Part shown: positions 60,363 through 64,000 of the stretch, one piece after another
How positions within the stretch are numbered: the stretch's first letter is position 1
Layout: each line of letters starts with the position of its first letter
DNA from: Candidatus Woesearchaeota archaeon
GTDB lineage: Archaea > Nanobdellota > Nanobdellia > SCGC-AAA011-G17 > JACPIM01
Reading direction: 5' to 3'
Length of the DNA: 64,000 bases
NCBI GenBank assembly: GCA_964513145.1
Contig: CAZELK010000001.1
Coordinates: 1 to 64,000, forward strand
The notes under the pieces: model-generated
What the model saw: only the letters and a program-made list of their open reading frames with translations
Told to the model about the DNA's origin: nothing
Databases searched by the model: none
Translations under genes and position numbers: made by a program

Positions 60363-61163
60363 TTAAATCATACCTTCAACAATACCTAAATCGCTTATTA
60401 ATTTATTATTGACTTTTGTTGTGCTTAATTTTCCTAAACATTCAAAGCATGATTTTATTAAATTGTATTTTGTTCTTGACTGACCGAAAGTTTTTGAATA
60501 AACATCCTTTATCCCAGCAAAAGCCAACATTCTTCCACATTCTTTTTCTACACATAAATTACTTCCTTTAGGTGCAGGCATTAATGTCACTATAACGCTG
60601 CTGCATCTTGATGTAACTTCAAAAGGAATAGAATGAGAACCTTTACAATTGCATTCCCATGAACCACAACCACGCCTTATTTTTATCAGATTTAATTTGG
60701 CTTTTCTGATTGCTTTCTCTCTTGCAGGAACTGTCTCTTTTGACTTACCATAACCTATACCAATATAACCATTTTTATTACCCACTATAGCTAATGCAGC
60801 AAATTTCGGTTTGTTACCTTCTGCTGTTTTCTTCTGGGTTTGTCTCCAAATAGACCTTTTACCGCCGCCAAATTTACCTTTGCTTTGACCAACCATTATA
60901 AAGTCAACTTCTAAGTTTGGCATTAAAAGATCAACAACTTGTGCTTCCAGAATTTTCATACCATTATCAAGAATTTGATCTATATTTGTGATTTTACCTT
61001 CTTTAACCAATTTTCCCAATGTAGTTTTCGGTTTCCAACTAGAAACTTCTTCTTTAACAACTACGCCCAAAGGCAATTCTTCTTCTACAACAGGCAAGAC
61101 TGCTGCTTCTGTAGTACTTTCTAATTTTGTTTCTTCGCTTTCAGGCAATTTCGTTTTTTCCAT
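60363..61163 (-). CDS. rps5: 30S ribosomal protein uS5
   Basis: WKPKTTLG, PAPKG. Confidence 0.95.
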   Translation of the reverse strand: MEKTKLPESEETKLESTTEAAVLPVVEEELPLGVVVKEEVSSWKPKTTLGKLVKEGKITNIDQILDNGMKILEAQVVDLLMPNLEVDFIMVGQSKGKFGGGKRSIWRQTQKKTAEGNKPKFAALAIVGNKNGYIGIGYGKSKETVPAREKAIRKAKLNLIKIRRGCGSWECNCKGSHSIPFEVTSRCSSVIVTLMPAPKGSNLCVEKECGRMLAFAGIKDVYSKTFGQSRTKYNLIKSCFECLGKLSTTKVNNKLISDLGIVEGMI

Positions 61164-61183
61164 TTGTTTCTTATTAAAAGTGG

Positions 61184-61711
61184 TTAATTCTTAAGTATTT
61201 TTTCCTTGATATCATTTATATGCTTTCCTAAATCTGAAATATTAATCTTATAACTCTTAATTTGTGCATTGTTTTTTTTGTAATCCATAATATGTTTCCC
61301 CAGTATTCTGTCATTAGATGGGAGACATTCTTTGTCATGTGGAATATTTAGTCCAGAATCCAAAGCACCCTTTAAAACAGCATAAATCTTTGAACCTTTT
61401 ACATTTCTATACATACCAATATCCAAAATAACTTTTTTAATTCCCTTTTTAATACTTTTTTTACCTACTAAAATACCAAGCAAATAAGCAACAGGGGTAT
61501 TTGATTTTGGCATGCCTAAATTATATTTTTTAACTAATTCCTGTGTTGAAGCTGATAAAAGAACTTTGTCACCTTTTTCATTGTATTCAATTACTTGTGC
61601 TGTCAAGTTTTTTAATGCTTTTCTTATTACTAAACGTAATTCCCTGCTTTTAATTAATTTTAATCTTCTTCTATAGTCTGTTTTTCCCAAAGCTTTTCTT
61701 TTATACTGCAT
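61184..61711 (-). CDS. rpl18: 50S ribosomal protein uL18
   Basis: GKTDYRRRL, AYLLG. Confidence 0.95.
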   Translation of the reverse strand: MQYKRKALGKTDYRRRLKLIKSRELRLVIRKALKNLTAQVIEYNEKGDKVLLSASTQELVKKYNLGMPKSNTPVAYLLGILVGKKSIKKGIKKVILDIGMYRNVKGSKIYAVLKGALDSGLNIPHDKECLPSNDRILGKHIMDYKKNNAQIKSYKINISDLGKHINDIKEKILKN

Positions 61712-62162
61712 CTTTCTTTTTCACTAAATTATTTTCATCCAAATATAATTTTAAGTGTCTCTTACTCCTAAACATATTTCCTTTTATCATCTTGTACATT
61801 ATTCTGTAATTTTGAACAGAAAGATATTTTTTTGCTTTTAATAATCTAATAAACCTTCTCTGGACTCTTACTTTTATCATCCAAATTTTCTTTCTTTCCA
61901 GCCTAGCTGTTTTGGTACCTTTTCTTGAACCCTGACCACGCCTTTTACCTTTTCGTCTCTGAGTTTTTAATTTATTTGACCTAAATGATGAAATCCCGTT
62001 AATTTGATTTAAATTAATGGCTCTGTCCTTGATTAAATTTCTAATATCTGATTTAGTAATAGCTTCTTTTATTTCATTTAATCTTGCAGTATCAAAACTA
62101 ATTCTATTTTCACCAGACTTGAGAATGTCTGCTGCTATTCTTTTTTGTACACTTAAGTTCAT
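61701..62162 (-). CDS. rpl19e: 50S ribosomal protein eL19
   Basis: VQKRIAA, GQGSRKG. Confidence 0.95.
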   Translation of the reverse strand: MNLSVQKRIAADILKSGENRISFDTARLNEIKEAITKSDIRNLIKDRAINLNQINGISSFRSNKLKTQRRKGKRRGQGSRKGTKTARLERKKIWMIKVRVQRRFIRLLKAKKYLSVQNYRIMYKMIKGNMFRSKRHLKLYLDENNLVKKKDAV

Positions 62163-62740
62163 GCTTTACCTTCCAAGACTTTCCTTTTCTCTTCTTTTTC
62201 TCTGACCTTCTTTTCTTCTTCTGTAATTTTTTGTTCTTCTTTTTTAGTTTCTTTTGGTTTTTCTTCTACTTTTTTCTTTTCTGCTGTCTTTGCTTTTAAT
62301 TTTTCTTTCTTTTCTTTTATTCTTTCCTGGAATTTATTTACCAAGTCGCTAATTGCTTTGTCAATATCCTTAATATTCAGTATTTTTAACCTGAGCTCCT
62401 TTATTTTCTTTAATATTTCTATTCTTTTTTTGTTTCCGAAAGATCTGCTTAGAACTATAATATTCTCTTTTGTTACTTTACTTAAATCATTTATATTATT
62501 AACCTGGATTAATTTTAACCCATCATTACTTAAACCGCGGACTGATCTTGGAGATTTCCAACCAACGCTTGGCTGAATTTTCTTGCCTCTTTTTTTATCT
62601 TTCATTTTTGAATGGATACCTTTTGGCTTTCTCCAGGTTAATTTAAGATTTTTTCTAGCTGGATATTCCTGCCTGGTAAATTTAGGTTTTCTGTTCTTGA
62701 TTTCTTTTCTTATTTCCAATAATTCTGATGCTGATTTCAT
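62159..62740 (-). CDS. rpl32e: 50S ribosomal protein eL32 with charged tail
   Basis: KPKFTRQE, WRKPKG. Confidence 0.93.
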   Translation of the reverse strand: MKSASELLEIRKEIKNRKPKFTRQEYPARKNLKLTWRKPKGIHSKMKDKKRGKKIQPSVGWKSPRSVRGLSNDGLKLIQVNNINDLSKVTKENIIVLSRSFGNKKRIEILKKIKELRLKILNIKDIDKAISDLVNKFQERIKEKKEKLKAKTAEKKKVEEKPKETKKEEQKITEEEKKVREKEEKRKVLEGKA

Positions 62741-63279
62741 TTTGTTTCCTCTAAAACTAATGGGTAACCAAAAATTGTATGCGGCTTATCTGTATTATCT
62801 ATAACTAATTTATTTTCCAGATATTGTATAAAAATAATTCCCATTGTTCCGTATTTTCTTTCTGGAATATCAGTTATTATAACTTTTTCCGGATTTTCTA
62901 ATTTTGATATCTTCTCCAGCATTGATTCTGGAGAATTGTGTTCAAAACCCAGCAGTGTTCTTAAATACTGAATAGATTCATGATTTTTTACAACTTCAGT
63001 TAATCTTGCACCTTTTAATCCTGGCAAAAATTTGAAACTTGCTCCCTGAAATACTGGATTATAAGTGCCTATTTCGACACCATCGAATCCTATGTAAATT
63101 GCTGTTTCTCTTCCATGATTTATATACGATCCAGTTAACAATGGCGTTTTTGTTTTTACTTTTTCATATTCATCCTTGCTTAAATTAAATAATTTTCCAA
63201 CATCAGCTAACTTACCTTTGAATTCTTTTTTAAGTTCTTCAAACATACATGACTTATCTAAAACTTTAGCTAGTGTCAT
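62737..63279 (-). CDS. Hypothetical protein inserted in the spc operon
   Basis: Overlaps rpl6 and rpl32e by 4 bp each. Confidence 0.75.
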   Translation of the reverse strand: MTLAKVLDKSCMFEELKKEFKGKLADVGKLFNLSKDEYEKVKTKTPLLTGSYINHGRETAIYIGFDGVEIGTYNPVFQGASFKFLPGLKGARLTEVVKNHESIQYLRTLLGFEHNSPESMLEKISKLENPEKVIITDIPERKYGTMGIIFIQYLENKLVIDNTDKPHTIFGYPLVLEETK

Positions 63280-63824
63280 TTTATTATTTCTCCTGCTTTT
63301 TCTACCAGGAAAATGCCGTCTTGGAAAACTCTTCGATCTTTATGCGGTATTTTTGTTGCAATTTCTATATTTGCTGATACCTGACCAGCCTTATCTTTAT
63401 CATTGCTTTCTACAATAATTATATCACCATTAACTTTTACCTGGACTCCCTGTATTATTTTAGCAACCCTTGGCAATTTCTCGCCTATGAAATTTTTTAT
63501 AATTACCTTTTCTTTGTCTACAGTTACATTCATTGGAAAGTGACCAGAACAAACTTTTAGTTTATATGTATAAGTACTGTTTGCTCCTTCAAGCATATTC
63601 CTGAAGTGTGCGACAATTGTATTTAAAATATCCTTATCTTTTCTTGAAGAACCTTCGACAGAAAAATTTAATTTATTATTTTCATTTTTTATTTTTATGC
63701 GAGAACTATTAATTTTTTTTATTATTTCCTCTTTAGAACCCCTGACTTTTATCGTGCTTCCTTCTACATTAACATTTATCCCATTCGGGATTTCTACATT
63801 TTCTGAAAGTCCATTTTTTTCCAT
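63276..63824 (-). CDS. rpl6: 50S ribosomal protein uL6
   Basis: HFPM, NFIGEK, DRRVFQDGI. Confidence 0.96.
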   Translation of the reverse strand: MEKNGLSENVEIPNGINVNVEGSTIKVRGSKEEIIKKINSSRIKIKNENNKLNFSVEGSSRKDKDILNTIVAHFRNMLEGANSTYTYKLKVCSGHFPMNVTVDKEKVIIKNFIGEKLPRVAKIIQGVQVKVNGDIIIVESNDKDKAGQVSANIEIATKIPHKDRRVFQDGIFLVEKAGEIIK

Positions 63825-64000
63825 TTAATAAAAGTAAGCTAATAATCTTCCCCCTAAATTATTTGTTTTTGCTTCGTTATGCGTCATTACGCCCTTTGAT
63901 GTTGAAACTATCAAGAAACCAAAATCTTTTGCAGGCAAATATCTTTTTTCAAACTTTTCATAACCTGTCTTTTTTATATTGTATCTTGGCTTTATTGGTC
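63825..64000 (-). CDS. rps8: 30S ribosomal protein uS8 (3' part)
   Basis: IKPRY...[20 protein letters not shown]...GGRLLAY. Confidence 0.95.
   Translation of the reverse strand, partial: PIKPRYNIKKTGYEKFEKRYLPAKDFGFLIVSTSKGVMTHNEAKTNNLGGRLLAYFY

Overview
Archaeal DNA, most likely a DPANN lineage (Woesearchaeota/Pacearchaeota-like, from the pacearchaeosortase-type gene, eIF2-gamma, archaeal r-proteins and gyrase). It has three parts. (1) 1-6.4 kb, accessory genes: a large repetitive surface glycoprotein missed by the ORF track, and an HTH_10 regulator with palindromic operators in front of an FcoT-like/methyltransferase/hydrolase cassette. (2) About 6.6-23.95 kb, a visibly more GC-rich defective tailed provirus: HK97-type head module with two tandem capsid paralogs, a tail-tube gene fused abruptly to a 5'-truncated type I HsdR, herA-nurA, an orphan adenine methyltransferase and two paralogous tyrosine recombinases. 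(3) 24-64 kb, AT-rich core genome: gyrase, chaperones, hisS/tRNA-His and the L1-L10-L12 and spc ribosomal clusters. The top finding is an SRP RNA gene (35681-35958, minus strand) whose SRP54-binding helix 8 is interrupted by an 18-nt insert in a near-canonical bulge-helix-bulge motif. Removing the insert at the predicted cut sites restores a textbook helix 8, which points to a splicing-dependent SRP RNA. tRNA-His carries a similar 15-nt BHB intron at the non-canonical 59/60 position. Family assignments come from motif recognition only; no searches were run.
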